From positions 2,790,001 through 2,854,000 of the forward strand of contig CM120641.1 in the NCBI GenBank assembly GCA_051362555.1: a stretch of DNA of 64,000 bases. The letters run 5' to 3'. The DNA is from Lingula anatina. Its lineage: Eukaryota > Animalia > Brachiopoda. The position numbers and the translations under genes were made by a program. Below, one piece after another: positions 49,554 to 62,881 of the stretch. The notes under the pieces were generated by a model. That model worked only from the letters and a program-made list of their open reading frames with translations. It did no database searches and was not told the origin of the DNA. Within the stretch, counting starts at the first letter, position 1, and every line of letters starts with the position of its first letter.

Positions 49554-52500
49554 CTATTCTGTCCCTCCATCCTCATCTGGACTGTCGCTATGGTGACTAC
49601 TGCTGTCCATGTCCTCATCTTCATCTTCCCTCTCATTTGCATCCAACTCCAACTCCTCATCCAACTCCAACTCTTCCCAGTCCTGAAAATGAAACAAGTA
49701 CTGTGTCAGACTTGTCCACTAAATTCACAAAGGTTAAACAAAAGCTTCCAAATCACTTCAATAATTCAGTGCCATCAATGTAAGCTATCACAAAATTCAC
49801 TCATATGGTAAACTGATATTTCACAATATGATACTTCATTTATATTTAGGTAGAAATGACAGTTTTAAGGTAATGGTAGGGAAAACAATACCTCTGAGTC
49901 TGAGTGGCTTGGCACTATATCCTCCATCAATTCCTCTTCATCGGAAGATTCTGAAAGAGATCAATAATTAATTGCTTGTATCAAAACATATATAAACTGT
50001 TCTATATCTGCATTAATACATTTTAGTTATATTCTAGACAAGTTGCTGCGTTTTGTTTTAGAAAATCAAGCTTCCTCATTTCATGATCAATACCAGTACG
50101 TACCATCTTGGTAAACCAACATGGCCGTCTGTGCAACTGTGGCCTCCTCCTCATCTGGTGTCTGAGACGTGATCTGCAGAGGAAAATAAATGGCTAATTC
50201 AAGATGAAACTGGTCACTTTTCAGGGTTTGTTAAAGAGAGAAAGAAAGAAAGCATTTCATCCACTTGGAAAACAGACAAAGTACCTAGATTCATAGATAC
50301 CACTGACAGAATGTAGAAATGAAGACCCCCCCAATTTATACAAGCAACTCACTGCTGTAAAACCTATAGCTTGGCCACAATATATAATTGTATGTAAGTG
50401 TATGATATTCTCAAACCCAACCTGGGGGCAGGGGCAAAAGGGATCATCAAGACTGAGTTAATGTAATCAGTTGTGATCAAGTCTGTCAGAGTGAACAGAC
50501 GGAACTGTCAACAAGTAAATCAAATGTGTGGATCCATCACATATGAAAACCTTCAACTATCAAAAATTGAGATCCAATGGACCTATTTTCAAATATAATA
50601 TTCTTACTAAATTCTGATATGAAATACCCATCCTTACCTGCGAAAGCATAAGGTCTAATTTTCCTTGTAACCGTGACAACCTGCCCAGCATAGCAACCCT
50701 GGCATCCATCATCTGATAGAGCGTGCTCAATGTGTCCACCAGTTCTGGAAACTGAAATAGTCATGGCACCTAAATTATTACATATTCTGCAGCGGTCAGC
50801 ATCAGGCGTCTTACTGGCATCTTTTGAAAATCTCTCTTTTAGCACTTCATATTCATTACTCATGTTTGCAGTACTCAAGAATAATCAAAACTTTATTCAT
50901 GATTACATCACCATAAGGAATTCAATTAATAAGCAATCTGACTTCCTCAGGGATAAAAATGAAGACAACTTTTGGAAAATTTAGTTGCCATGACCTACTT
51001 ACTGTCATTAGATATGATGTGTGCATTGTCAGAACTGTCTTGATCCACTTGACCAATCTATGCCCACTGATGATACAAGATTAAGAAATAGAATGAAAGA
51101 AAAGCATAAAACATTAAAAATAACATATCTTTTAATAAAAAAAATTCTCTTCATTAGAGACAAGATTTAACTTATACTTCTGGAGGAGCTTACAAGTTGT
51201 GAAAATCTGTTATCACTGTTCCAAATGGACGTAAAGAATCCAAATATCACTACCTTTGAGAATGGCCATGCATTCTCCGCGACAGCTCCTGCACGAGTGG
51301 AATTATGACTGGGACTGGGAGTCGTCGCACTGTGTTCCTTATAATGTCATCATTTGTGTGTTGAAGTACGTTCTGAAAACAAAAATGTGATTACTATTAT
51401 CATTATTGGTCCCATTATTGTAATGAACATTACTATGGCTTTTCATGAAAATATCTTATAAATTTTCGGTTTCTTGTAAAGATGGCTTTAATTAATTTAC
51501 AATAATTGAAGCAACCAGAGTCCAATCAGTTACTTAATATAACAAACAACATTCAGCAAACAAAAACATGATTACAACGATATCATCGTTATTGTTACCA
51601 TTATCATAATAATTGCTTTCACTTTTCAGGAAAATACCCTAGTAAAGATAATTGAATTACTTTCTTGAAAAGATGGCTTTTATTTCTTTACAATAATTAA
51701 AACCAGAGTTAAATCAATAACTTACAAATAACAAACAACCAAAGCATTAACAACAAGATTATGATATATACAGTTGTTGTGGGTTAAAAAAAACCCTCAC
51801 ATTTAAGATTTTCTTATCCTTGCTCTGGAGGCCCTGTGCCAGCAGTGTGGCTAGTGTGTCTGCTTTGGGTGGGTGACTGACACTCTTCTGCTCTGTGCTC
51901 TTCTCTATACTTATTGCATTCAGGCGATCCTCCATGGACATCTAGAAAATATATTTAAAAGTTGACAACTATTTATCTCATTTTATACCCACTATTGCTT
52001 TGTAAATGTGAAAATTTTTTCAAAAGATATAATCAAGGAAATGTTCATACTATAAGGGAGCAAAACTCATATCGAAATAACCTGTTTACATTAAGTGTTT
52101 TGGCTATACCTATAACAGCAATTGTGACAACTATGAAAGTGAAACTGTATGTATAACTGCATCCATATATTTGATAAAGAATCAAAGTCCTGTGAAATAC
52201 ACTGTCTTCCTCAGATACCTCATTTACAGAAGACTTCCTTTTGTTTTTCCTCTTCCCGGCCTCAGAACTCAATGTTGGAGCGGCAGGAGCCATGACCCCC
52301 GGGGAGAGCACCGTGACATCTTCAGAAGTAGCTGGTGTTTTGATTTTGGACACCCCTGGATCTTGCCTCAGCACCAGTTTGGAGGGGTCTTCTCTTATTA
52401 AACAGATGTCAGATTCCTCTGACCTGTACGGCTGAAATAATAATATTTTCAAACTTTAATAAATCAACAGAGACTACTGGAGATTTATGATGACCATGAA

Positions 52501-55500
52501 AAGGATGTTTTTCACAATTAAACACAATGCACAATAGATATTTTCAATACAAGCTTAGCTAATATTTTTCTATTAACAAGATGTTTTTTATACTTTTAGA
52601 AAACTGTTTAGGTAATTTTGAAAAAGTATACACCAGTGTGTTGAGTAAAGTTTTACAAATTCTTGTCAAGATGTAATCAAAACAACAATAAATAAGAACA
52701 ATGACGTCTCCACTCACTAGTTTTTCAAAAGTTGGCTTCAGAAAGTTCCCATGACATATTAAGATCTGCTGTTCCCTCGTATTGGTGAATTGGGCTGCAA
52801 GGAGTGGGATAGGTCTCGGCACCTCAGCCTCACTGCACGATGTGGCCACCTGGACTGACAATTTTGGCTGGAGTGGCTTTTTACATTTTCTGAAATTCAA
52901 CATTCGCTTTGAATTGATTTTTTTTCACTGGTACAATAAATAGTATTCACAAAATGTTCATAGCAAAAATTCCTTCCAAACTGCTTACCATCAAAATGGA
53001 AATTCATTAACCCATTTTTCATGTTGCTGAACCAAAAATATTTTTTAAAAAGCATATCTGATACTTACCCATTTAAAACATGTTCAAATATCACAAATTG
53101 GCCATTCTTTGTCACAACACCTAGTAAAAGAGGCTGGAATAAAAAATATAAATATTGAATAAAAATGGAAATCGTGCAAACCTAACCTATATTATTAAAG
53201 TTACTTTAAGGCTAAATAATTAGACAAGTAAAACATCTTCATATACCACCCGTTGAAAATATGACATTCTGTTAAAAAACAGCGACTTACATCTTCTCTA
53301 CTTGACATTTTAGAAATATCCATTGCAACAGGTTCATCTGGTAAAGAGAAGACTGCTAAAGAATTTTTATCCTTTGAGGATTTTTGTATTTGCCTGGAAA
53401 GATATAAATTAGACAGTTTTCTGTCAATGGAATCAACATGATTTACCAAAAAGGAAACACTTAAGTCTAAGATGCATGGTCATTAAAACACACTCATTGA
53501 AAAGACTGCATTATGCAGAGATTATCATCATTTTAAGAGATCTGTTCACTACACAAAATTATTAAAATAGACTAAATAAAATAAAGGCAATGATCTATTC
53601 AACAACTTACCATGCATTTATTAACCTATCATTTAAAGCTGCCGACAAGAAGTATGTGTTGTATACTGATTCTAGCGCATCTCCAGCAGCACCATTTTGC
53701 TCTAAGGATTGTGGGACACACAACAACCTTATCACCTCTGTGGCGTGACCTGTAAATGTCTGAAATTCAGAGGGGAAAAAAGTTTAATTAACACTTATGT
53801 TTGAACATACATTTTTCTTCAAAGATTTGTTAAAACTAAAAAATACACTTGACATCACCAAAAAATCTCTTTCCAATTCAAATCATCATCACTGAAAACC
53901 TGTTAATTGTTGGTATAAAGTGCACTCAACTAAATTTTAATGCAGCCATGTTTTAATCCTGAAGGACAATTCATACTTTTAAAACTTGTCTCGTGAGAAG
54001 GTCCCACAACTTGATGGTTCTCCCCGCTGATAACAAAGCACTTTCTCCAGGACAAAGACAGATAGAATACACACTGTTGGTGTCAGCTTTCCATTTGCTG
54101 TAAAATATACACAGAGGAAGTCATGATCAAAATAATGATAAAATATTTATTTTCAAACCCAGTCAAATGTAATTCTATAGCTCAAGTCCTAATATGCCTC
54201 TGTCAAAATGCAATAAGAAAATGCTTCAACTTTGAATTAAAATATTTACACACAGTATTACTATGAAATATAAAGCTAAATTAGCTATCCTCCCGAAATA
54301 AACAACATGCACGCAGCATTTTTCCAGCCTTCTTTTATTCACCAAACAATGCATCCCAGACACAAAGATGCCAATGCTTAACTTACTGTTTTACTTTTCC
54401 TTTAGACAAATTCCACTCTACTATGTGTTGATCACTTGAGCAACTGTAAAGTGTACTTTCTTCACTGTGCCAGCAGATACCATGCACTGTGTCACTATGA
54501 CCACCATCCTATTATACAGAAAACAAAAACCAGGTAAAACAATTGCCCAATATCTGACTAGCAAGTTCCTGAGAGCTCAGAACAAATACACTCTATAAAA
54601 CACTTGTTGTTAATCACATCATGATTCTTACTTTATATATTTTTCACTGAAAATAGAAAGTCCAGGCAAAAAAAAAAATCATTTCATTGTTTTCTATTTT
54701 ACTGTACAGCAGTGAATGAACCTGTCAATTCCAAATGGGGTGAAATTTCTGCCAACAATTTAATTCCATAGCAATTATAAAATATGCCAAAATAATATTT
54801 TTTATTATCTGTGTTGTCTTACCAGCTGTGTCTGTAGATCTCCTGTGACCATACTGTAAAGAAGAATAGAACCAGATGCTGTCCCCAAAGCTACTAGATC
54901 CACATTTTCCACCAGATCTGACTGCTTTGATCTCCTCTTTTTCTTCCTTGGAGTTTCCTGACGGTTGAATAAAAAGAAAAAGTTGATGAGGAGCCACGTA
55001 TATACAGTATATAATATACCAGTTAAAAATGTCAAGATCCTCCAGTCAGGGCCCTTAAATATCCATATTAAGTAACTTTCAACATATCAAAATTTCACAC
55101 TGGGGTTCGGATATATATTTGTTTTTTACCCCTAATTTAAACATCTAAGTACAATTTGAGATGGTGGCAGTTATGAGCTGATAAGTTATTACATGTGGCA
55201 TTTCTTAAAACTGTGACACTGTTTCAACCAGGAACAGCTATGATTGTTTCGTGTTGAGACGACAACTTATTAACATTAAACAGCTCTTTCATCCCTGGAC
55301 AGAAATTAGGCTGAAAAACACCCAATACATATATATATGCAAGGAAGCATGGGGAATAGAGGAACAAACAATTTACCATTAGTTCCCTAATATCAAAATA
55401 TTCTATGCCTTATTCTAATTAATGTGTTTTGGATAAGGGTCATGGATATCTTTAAACGGAGGATAACTTTTTCGCGATTTATCTATTACTGCAATACATT

Positions 55501-55738
55501 GTGAACGCGGCTGTCCCACGCGTTTCAACTTTCACTCTCAGGGAACACTCACCGGCGATGAACGGCGAACTGGACCCCAAGCCAGACACGTACAGGTCGA
55601 AGACAGATGAGAACTTGGTGTATACTCATGTTTGGGCAGACCCGTGGCTGTGTCCCATATTTTGAGAGTACCGTCAGGGCTAGAATACGCTAAATATTCC
55701 CCATTCGGTGCAAAAGCAACAGGCCCCATAGTCGCCAT
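49554..55738 (-). CDS. WDR43: WD repeat-containing protein 43 (UTP5; SSU processome UTP-A subunit)
   Basis: First exon 55552-55738 encodes MATMGPVAFAPNGEYLAYSSPDGTLKIWDTATG..HEYTPSSHLSSTCTCLAWGP. Later exons give DLVALGTASGSILLYS, FTGHATEV, LATLLAQGLQSKDKKILN and the Utp12/Dip2-type region WIKTVLTMHTSYL..RLQGKLDLMLSQ. An acidic C-terminus ends ...DGGTE* (stop 49554-49556). Confidence 0.95.
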
Positions 55739-56113
55739 TTTCCAACACGTGTGGTAATCTGCGCACCTGAAGTGCGCATTAACTGTAAACTTCGCCTAAA
55801 TCAACCCCTTTCTGATAATTTTAGGTGGTCACTTAAAATTATCAATGAAATGAATAAACAATCGTATATGTATGCACATTACTCTGTGAAAAGATCACCA
55901 TAAAAACGTCTTAGTATGTTTCAAAAACATTATTGAAAATCTAGGTCAATTTTGTGTCTCCTCTTGAAAACTCTCTTGATGTGGAGGCTGGTCAGATCAT
56001 GTGACTTTAACTTCCAGCGTACGACGAAGGCAGATCTTCGCTGACAAACATATTAGATTGACGTGTAACTGACTTTTGAATAGAGGTTGACTGCCCAAGT
56101 ACTTCTTTTGGGG
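55739..56113. promoter_or_regulatory. Bidirectional promoter WDR43 / ENT
   Basis: 375 bp separate the divergent ATGs. E-box CACGTG at 55746-55751, TGCGCA (NRF1-like) half sites at ~55760-55779, M-box/CLEAR-like TCATGTGAC at 55997-56005 and TGACGT at ~56059. Confidence 0.65.
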
Positions 56114-59100
56114 ATGGATTCTGAGAGTACTAATGACGAGGAACCCCTTATTAGCCGAGATGACCCTCCAAAGGATAGGTAACTTGTGTTGACTAGTATT
56201 GCTAAAATAGTTGAAAGTTATTAAATTTCAGCGAGGATCAGCTGTCAGACTCATACTGATAATGATATAGATCATTGTCCAGTGGTCGACTAACATTGTG
56301 TCTCCGTTGAATTAACTTTGATTTTGAATATCATAAATATTTCCTGTTTCTTTGCAATGGTTACACATAATCAAAACAGGTATTGCAGTGCCAATGTATC
56401 TTTATTCGAGTTTTGGAGCTTTTTTTTTCTTTTAATATGATCATTGATGCATTGCAGATTTAGAAAAAATTGAAGTCATCATCATATATAGTGTTTGATT
56501 TAACATTTACCACTTGTCATGTTCTTAATGCTCCTTTAGTACTCTTTTATTAACATTTGTGTAACCATGAACAAAACTTCATTAATCTCGCCCACTCCAT
56601 CTCTGCTACATGTATCTAATCAGTTATTTCATGTATTAGTGTATTTGATATTTATAAACATGCTAGTGATTCTGCCAATATCTCCTACAAAATCTCTCTT
56701 TGAATGTAACATTTTGCTATAGGCTCTAGTTTTCTTATGTGAATGTATTTATAATATAATATAATATGATATGATTACTATAGTATATTTCTTTATTTTT
56801 ATTATTTTACAATGTTTATATCCATTTCAGATTCAATGCAGTATATTGCATATTTTACATTATTGGCATTGCCACTCTACTTCCATGGAACTTCTTTATT
56901 ACAGCAAAACAGGTAAATTATTTATACATTCTTTTGCACATTCTTCGTATAATACAGAGGTCTGAAGGATTAACAGTTTGTTTTCTTTTGAATTTTTCTA
57001 AAATGGTGAGAAATGTCCACATGATATTTCTGAAAACTAAACTGTCTGTCCCTCCAAAACTAAGACTTTGAGCTCATGGTATCATTAAAAAGTTATAATG
57101 TTCTCAAGACTTGTTATCTGTAGGTAAGATAGCATCTGTCACAATGACCCACAGGTGGGTGTCTTAAGATAGCAGCTTATTTGAAAGAAGGCAGTTTATA
57201 TATATTTATTATTATTTTTGTTATTATTATTTTTTTAAAAATTTTATTGATAATCATGGTCATTTGAATTTGAGTGGTTCTTCTTACTGTAATTATGGCA
57301 TTTTAAAATACATGCACTTATTAAAAAACCTTTTGTTCATGTCTTAAACCTATTAATTCCTCTTTATCCTTCTTATCAGTGTCATGTCAAAGCTTTATGC
57401 ATAATGGTGTTAATAGCTGTGTAGAAATATGTCAGTCAGTTAATTATCACAATAGAGAGACATAAAATTGAAGTAAAAAAGAAATAAAAGGAAGTGATGA
57501 AATTTGAAGGCACAATAAGATATTCATAGCTGCAGGTGACAGTTATATATTAGTAAGTAGCTGAATAAGAAAGGTGATTTCAAACTTTGTGGAGGCACAG
57601 TGTTATTTGTTTATATGTTATCTATTAAGTATTTATTTGTGTATCATTGACTTTGGTAAGTGTAATTTACCTAATAGTTACTGAGATCTATATTATGATT
57701 TATGATGTGCCGTAAATGCCAAGAACCTGTTGCCATGTTGATATTGCCCCCTTTACTTTATATATAATCCAGTGATGACAATTGAATATGGAGTGAGTTA
57801 TTGACATGGGCCCCTTTCAAATAGAGTCATTTCAGTGCATTTTTCCAGTAGAAATGCACAAAATTATGCCTCTGGCAGTAGTCAAAACACATTCTTTTCT
57901 GCTAGTTATCTACTAGTAGATATATTTGGTTTAAATATAAAGCAAAGTAGCTTACTAAAATGTATATGTTTGTATGATATAATTTATATATTTAAAGGAA
58001 GCAGTTTAAAACGATGCTAGATGATTTTATTTTTAAAGTCCTTCAACCTTTAAGTTAATTAAATTAAACTACTAGTATTAGTAATGTTAAACATGGAAGT
58101 TGAGAAAATCTTAAATCATAAATGTTCTGTATAAAATATATATTGTTTTTTATTTGAATTTTAGTACTTTGACTACAAGCTGAGGAATTTGACATTCACC
58201 AGCCTGAATGATTGGGAGAATCCATTAGATGAAACTTCTATGCAAATTCAGTTTGAAAACTATGTGTCAATATGTGCAATGGTCCCAAACATTCTGTTTA
58301 TGTTCCTCAATGCAGCACTGACCAAAGTGTAAGTTTTTTAAGGCTGATTTGACACTTGTATATATAATTACCCTGCCATGATTTTAAAGCAGCTGCATAG
58401 CTGTATTTGTGCGAAGGAATGACATGATTCAATAATTGGTGAAGATTTTAGCCAAATCTCTGAAAACTTAGTCAATTTAATGTTTAATACCTTAATTCCA
58501 ATATGAATTAATGAATGAATATTTGAAATTTAGAGTTATAGTGTAGATGTTTTTTTAAAATTTATTTCAACAAGTGCTTAAAGAGCAACCAATCAAGTTG
58601 AAGATAAATGATATTAATGTATTTGTTTCACTCTCCTTTCTCCTAAATTTTCAGTATTTCTGCGAAAGTTCGTTTGGTGTGTTCCTTCACGGTTATGATC
58701 ATAATGTTCATAGTAACTATTGTGTTGGTCAAAATAGACACTGATACATGTAAGTTTTATGGTAAAAATATGGAACAATTTATTTAATTTTGGTAATTAT
58801 GATTAAATGTGATATACTTTGTAACAGACACAATATAATTTTTGGTTGAATAATTTATCAGAAAATGTAGTCAGAAAGTAGATCAGCTTGATTTCATATT
58901 GCTTAAAAGTGAAATAATATCAAATCAATAAACAAATTAAAAAAAATAATGATAAATCATCCAGAGATTTGAAAAGTGGTTTTTGTGATAAAACCATGAC
59001 TAGTAAGGCCTCCCCCCTTTTACATTTCTCACTAACCATATATGGGGAAGACTACTAGTTTAGTATTAATTTAAAGATTTGTTGGGAGAATAAGATTCTG

Positions 59101-60054
59101 ATCGGTGAAGTTTCATCTGTGATAAGGTTCTAAGTTTGACTAGAAATCTATGCATATTTATAGCAAAACGAAGGATTAAACTGGTCTGAAATTCACATTA
59201 ACAAGTTAATGTTTAACCTATTATATCAGCTTATGTAAGTTGTTGATTTGTTATACAGTGTATATTGATATTAGATACTAACATCTTTATCACTTCTTTT
59301 TCCAGGGCAAACAGAGTTCTTTATCGCTACTCTTGCAAGTGTCGTGTTCCTAAACAGTAAGTCTTTTTACAATTTTTATTTATTTATTTTTTGTAAAATA
59401 TGCATTTGTTAAGGCTAAAGGAAGGCAATAAACAAATCATTATTAATAAAATGTGTAATCAGCCAAAAATTAGGCCTGCTTCAACTGTAACAATAAATGA
59501 TATTAACCCTGCTTATTCTTTGTAGTGGGTAGCTCTGTTCTGCAAGGAGCATCTCTGGGATTAGCTAGCCTGTTTCCAGAAGGCTATACACAGGCTGTCA
59601 TGGGAGGAATGGTAATGGCATATCTTCATTTTTCTATATTTAAAGAGAATAATGGTTAAAGGTACTATCACATTAAAATTCAATGAGTTTATGGTTTTGG
59701 CTGTTTTTCCTGTAGACTTGTAATCTTAGGGTAACCACAAAAATTAAAGGTCAAAATGTGTTTACAATTGTTTTTACTTCCTGGTTAATGCTGTTTTGGT
59801 GTTCATTAAATTTTATCATCAAAACAAAATTACAAAATGCAGTTCAAAAATATATCAGTCTGCTATGAATGACTTAATGATTAAAATTTTAATTTTTTCT
59901 CAGGCAATGGGAGGCACATTTGCAGCTGTGGCCAATGTGATCTCTATTGCAGCAGGTAGCAGTGCCACTGAGAGTGCATTTTATTATTTCATGTTGGCAG
60001 CAATAGTGTTGATTATTGCCTTAATAGCATACCTGTCCCTTCCTTTATTGGTAA

Positions 60055-60095
<41 letters not shown>

Positions 60096-62881
60096 GCTAT
60101 TAATAACTACTAATGTGATGTGTGATGATAAATTGTACTACCATGAAAACATAAATTAATGCAGTGTCAAGAATTTACATCTCTGAAAGAATACACTAGT
60201 ATCACTGAATTGTGTCATTATACTTTTAACCCAGCCAAACACAAGATACCTGTGTTTCATTCAAAGACAAAGGTTATTATTTTCTTTAACTTATTTCAGA
60301 GCTTGTTATGCTGAGAATTTCCTTATTATTTTTCAGAAATTTGCAAGATATTATTTAGAAATTAAAGGTGAGATCTTCATCACATTATTATGAATCTAGT
60401 TGAATTATCACTAAAAACAACTAATGTTTGTATTAATGCACTTTGTATCTTATCTATTACATATGGCTGTAGAACACATTTAATATCTTGTAGTGACAAC
60501 ACTCCAAATGTCTGTGTTTTCTTATGCTTGTGTGGCTTGTGCTTGTTAGTTTCGGTGGTCATATGTTTTACTAACCTTGTACATATATATAGTATATGTG
60601 TGAATGTGTTAACTATCAACTTAAAGAAGCTTTTGTTCCTAACTCTATGTTTGCAGTAAGAAAATATTATTATTTTCTTTTCTTTTTCCTATATTAACAA
60701 CCAAATTCATTTGGCTTACAGTAAATTAAATGTCAACTAATTGAAGGGGAAATAAGAAAGAAAAAAAAGAGAGTGAGCCATGTATAGAACAGTTTAACTC
60801 TTTCGTTTAGATTATCCACTAAAAGAAACAGTAGAAAGCATAGAGCCCCAGCCTAACGGTGATGTAATGCCTATTAACTATGATGGACCTGAAGAAAGTA
60901 GGCTTTTCTTTTTATGCATTTGTCTTTTAGTGCATGATGATATAGCATTTATTTTCTTTATTTCTTAGATAACTTGTTTTTAATATTCTTCTGAAATTTG
61001 TTGCACATGTGAAAATGTTTTCAGTTTTAACAGAATAAATAAAGTGCCTTTTTTTCAATGCTCTGCATTTTCTGTTAAAATAATCAATTTCCTTAGTTAC
61101 TCACATCTTGTATTTGTCTTATGTTATATTTTAGATGATGAATCCCTGGAAAGTATAAATGGGAGCCAGCCCATAGTAGATCATACTGTTCATCAAAAGA
61201 CTCATTTTAGAATAATTCTGAAAAGGGTAAGGTTTATGGCAGATCTGGTATTTTCTACGTACATAGATAATTATTTGTTTTTATGGAAGTATTTATATTA
61301 TGCAAGGAAAAATATGTTTTGCTGAATAGGAAATAATCAGTTAAGATATTTTCTGTAATTAAAATGATTCAAAAGCTAGAACTCAGGTGTGGTTTGTGTG
61401 ATATTTAATCATGGAGACTTTGGTAACTTAATTTACATTTACCCAGTTTAATTGTAAAAGAATGCTAATTTTTTTAAAAAGTTCAAATAAAATTCCTCTT
61501 TATATTACAGGTATGGGTGCTTGGAACATCTGTTTTATTGGTTTTCTTTGTCACGTTATCAGTTTTCCCAGCCATCATTTCTCACACAGAATCGGTGGCA
61601 GGGCCCTCTGAATCTCTCTCATTAAATGGTAAATACCTTAACTAGTTTGCTCATAGTGATTTTTTTTTACATTTATGGTTTTTAACATTGTTTTCTTTTT
61701 TAACAGTCCAGTCAAATATAATCTTTTGGAATCTCTGTCATTAAATGGCAAGTACCTTATCTGCTAGATGAAATGCAAGAACTGATTTTTTATTTTTATT
61801 TTTTTTTTGCAGATTTATGATTTTCAAAATTGTTTTTAACAATCACATTAAAGGCAATCTTTCCTTGTCTCATGGATGCCTTTTTTTCCTTCATTTCAGG
61901 GAAGTTTTTCACTCCAGTTGTGTGTTTTGTATTATTCAATCTTGGAGATCTTACAGGCAGGACAGTGGCTGGATGGGTACAGTATGTGAGTAATTTGAAT
62001 TTATAATTTATAAATCATTTTCACGTGCCAGTGTCGGGTCTGTAATGAAATAATTTACATGTTTTTTGTTGTTTTTTTTTACTATTTAAAAAACAATGTA
62101 TTTAGGTCTAGCATTCAGATTACTTTTTGAACTCCATTATCATGTTGCTAAAACAAGAGATGTAAGTACATGATGTTCTTGATAAAAACCATACATAAAT
62201 AGATTTTTCTGGTTGTGATAAGAAATTCACCTTGTTATTGCCCTTTAGCAAAAGGAGAGATTGAAGTTTAGAATTCATCTTGTATTTTTTTTTCAGCCAA
62301 AAGAGAAGAGTGTTTTGTTACCCATTCTGACAGTGCTTAGAATAGGATTTATTCCACTCTTCCTCTTGTGCAATTTCCAACCCAGAAAACATGGGGTGCC
62401 AGTTGTATTCGACAGCGATGTGTATCCAGTAGTTTTCATTCTAATTTTTGCTGTGTCCAATGGATATCTTGGGACATTATGTATGATATACGGCCCCAAG
62501 TAAGCATTGTTACTGTTTACTTCTTTTCCATTGTCTGTTCAAAGTTTTCTCATAGCGTTTCTTTTAATCTGCAATTGATATTTAATGTGAGGGTAATATA
62601 TGCATTTCATAGCACTCTGAAAGCCTATTCCATTTTGTAAAATAATGACCTAGCATGAAGAAGAGAAAAAGATTGCAAAAGTGGAATAATAATGACATTA
62701 TGTATTAGAAGAAAAAAAGTCTTTTATTGTAGTAAATTGTTAAAAAACAATTCTAAAATCTATTTTCAGGCATGTCCCTGCAGGAGATATGGAGGCAGCA
62801 GGTGCTATCATGTCAGTGTTCCTCACAGTGGGGCTGGGCCTTGGATCACTCTTCTCCTTTGCTCTAATCAAATTGGTCTGA
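56114..62881 (+). CDS. Equilibrative nucleoside transporter (SLC29 family), probably ENT3-like
   Basis: Approximate exons 56114-56178, 56831-56912, 58166-58328, 58655-58749, 59306-59356, 59526-59611, 59905-60050, 60337-60367, 60811-60897, 61135-61226, 61511-61628, 61900-61985, 62297-62499, 62770-62881. Motifs PPKDRF..YIIGIATLLPWNFFITA, YTQAVMGGMAMGGTF, FVTLSVFPAI, FNLGDLTGR, RIGFIPLFLLCN, FAVSNGYLGTLCMIYGPK and GLGLGS. N-terminal DEEPLI dileucine-type signal. Confidence 0.93.
60058..60092. repeat. (GT)n microsatellite just downstream of a 5' splice site
   Basis: About 17 GT units starting a few bases after the GTAAGT donor at 60051. Confidence 0.95.

Noticed and set aside
50537-50878. 113-aa minus-strand ORF
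   Set aside because: It overlaps the true WDR43 exon 50638-50751 in a different frame and extends into intron.
51470-51745. Diverged ~190-bp duplication in a WDR43 intron
   Set aside because: AT-rich, with no convincing box C/D or H/ACA motifs. It looks like an ordinary local duplication.
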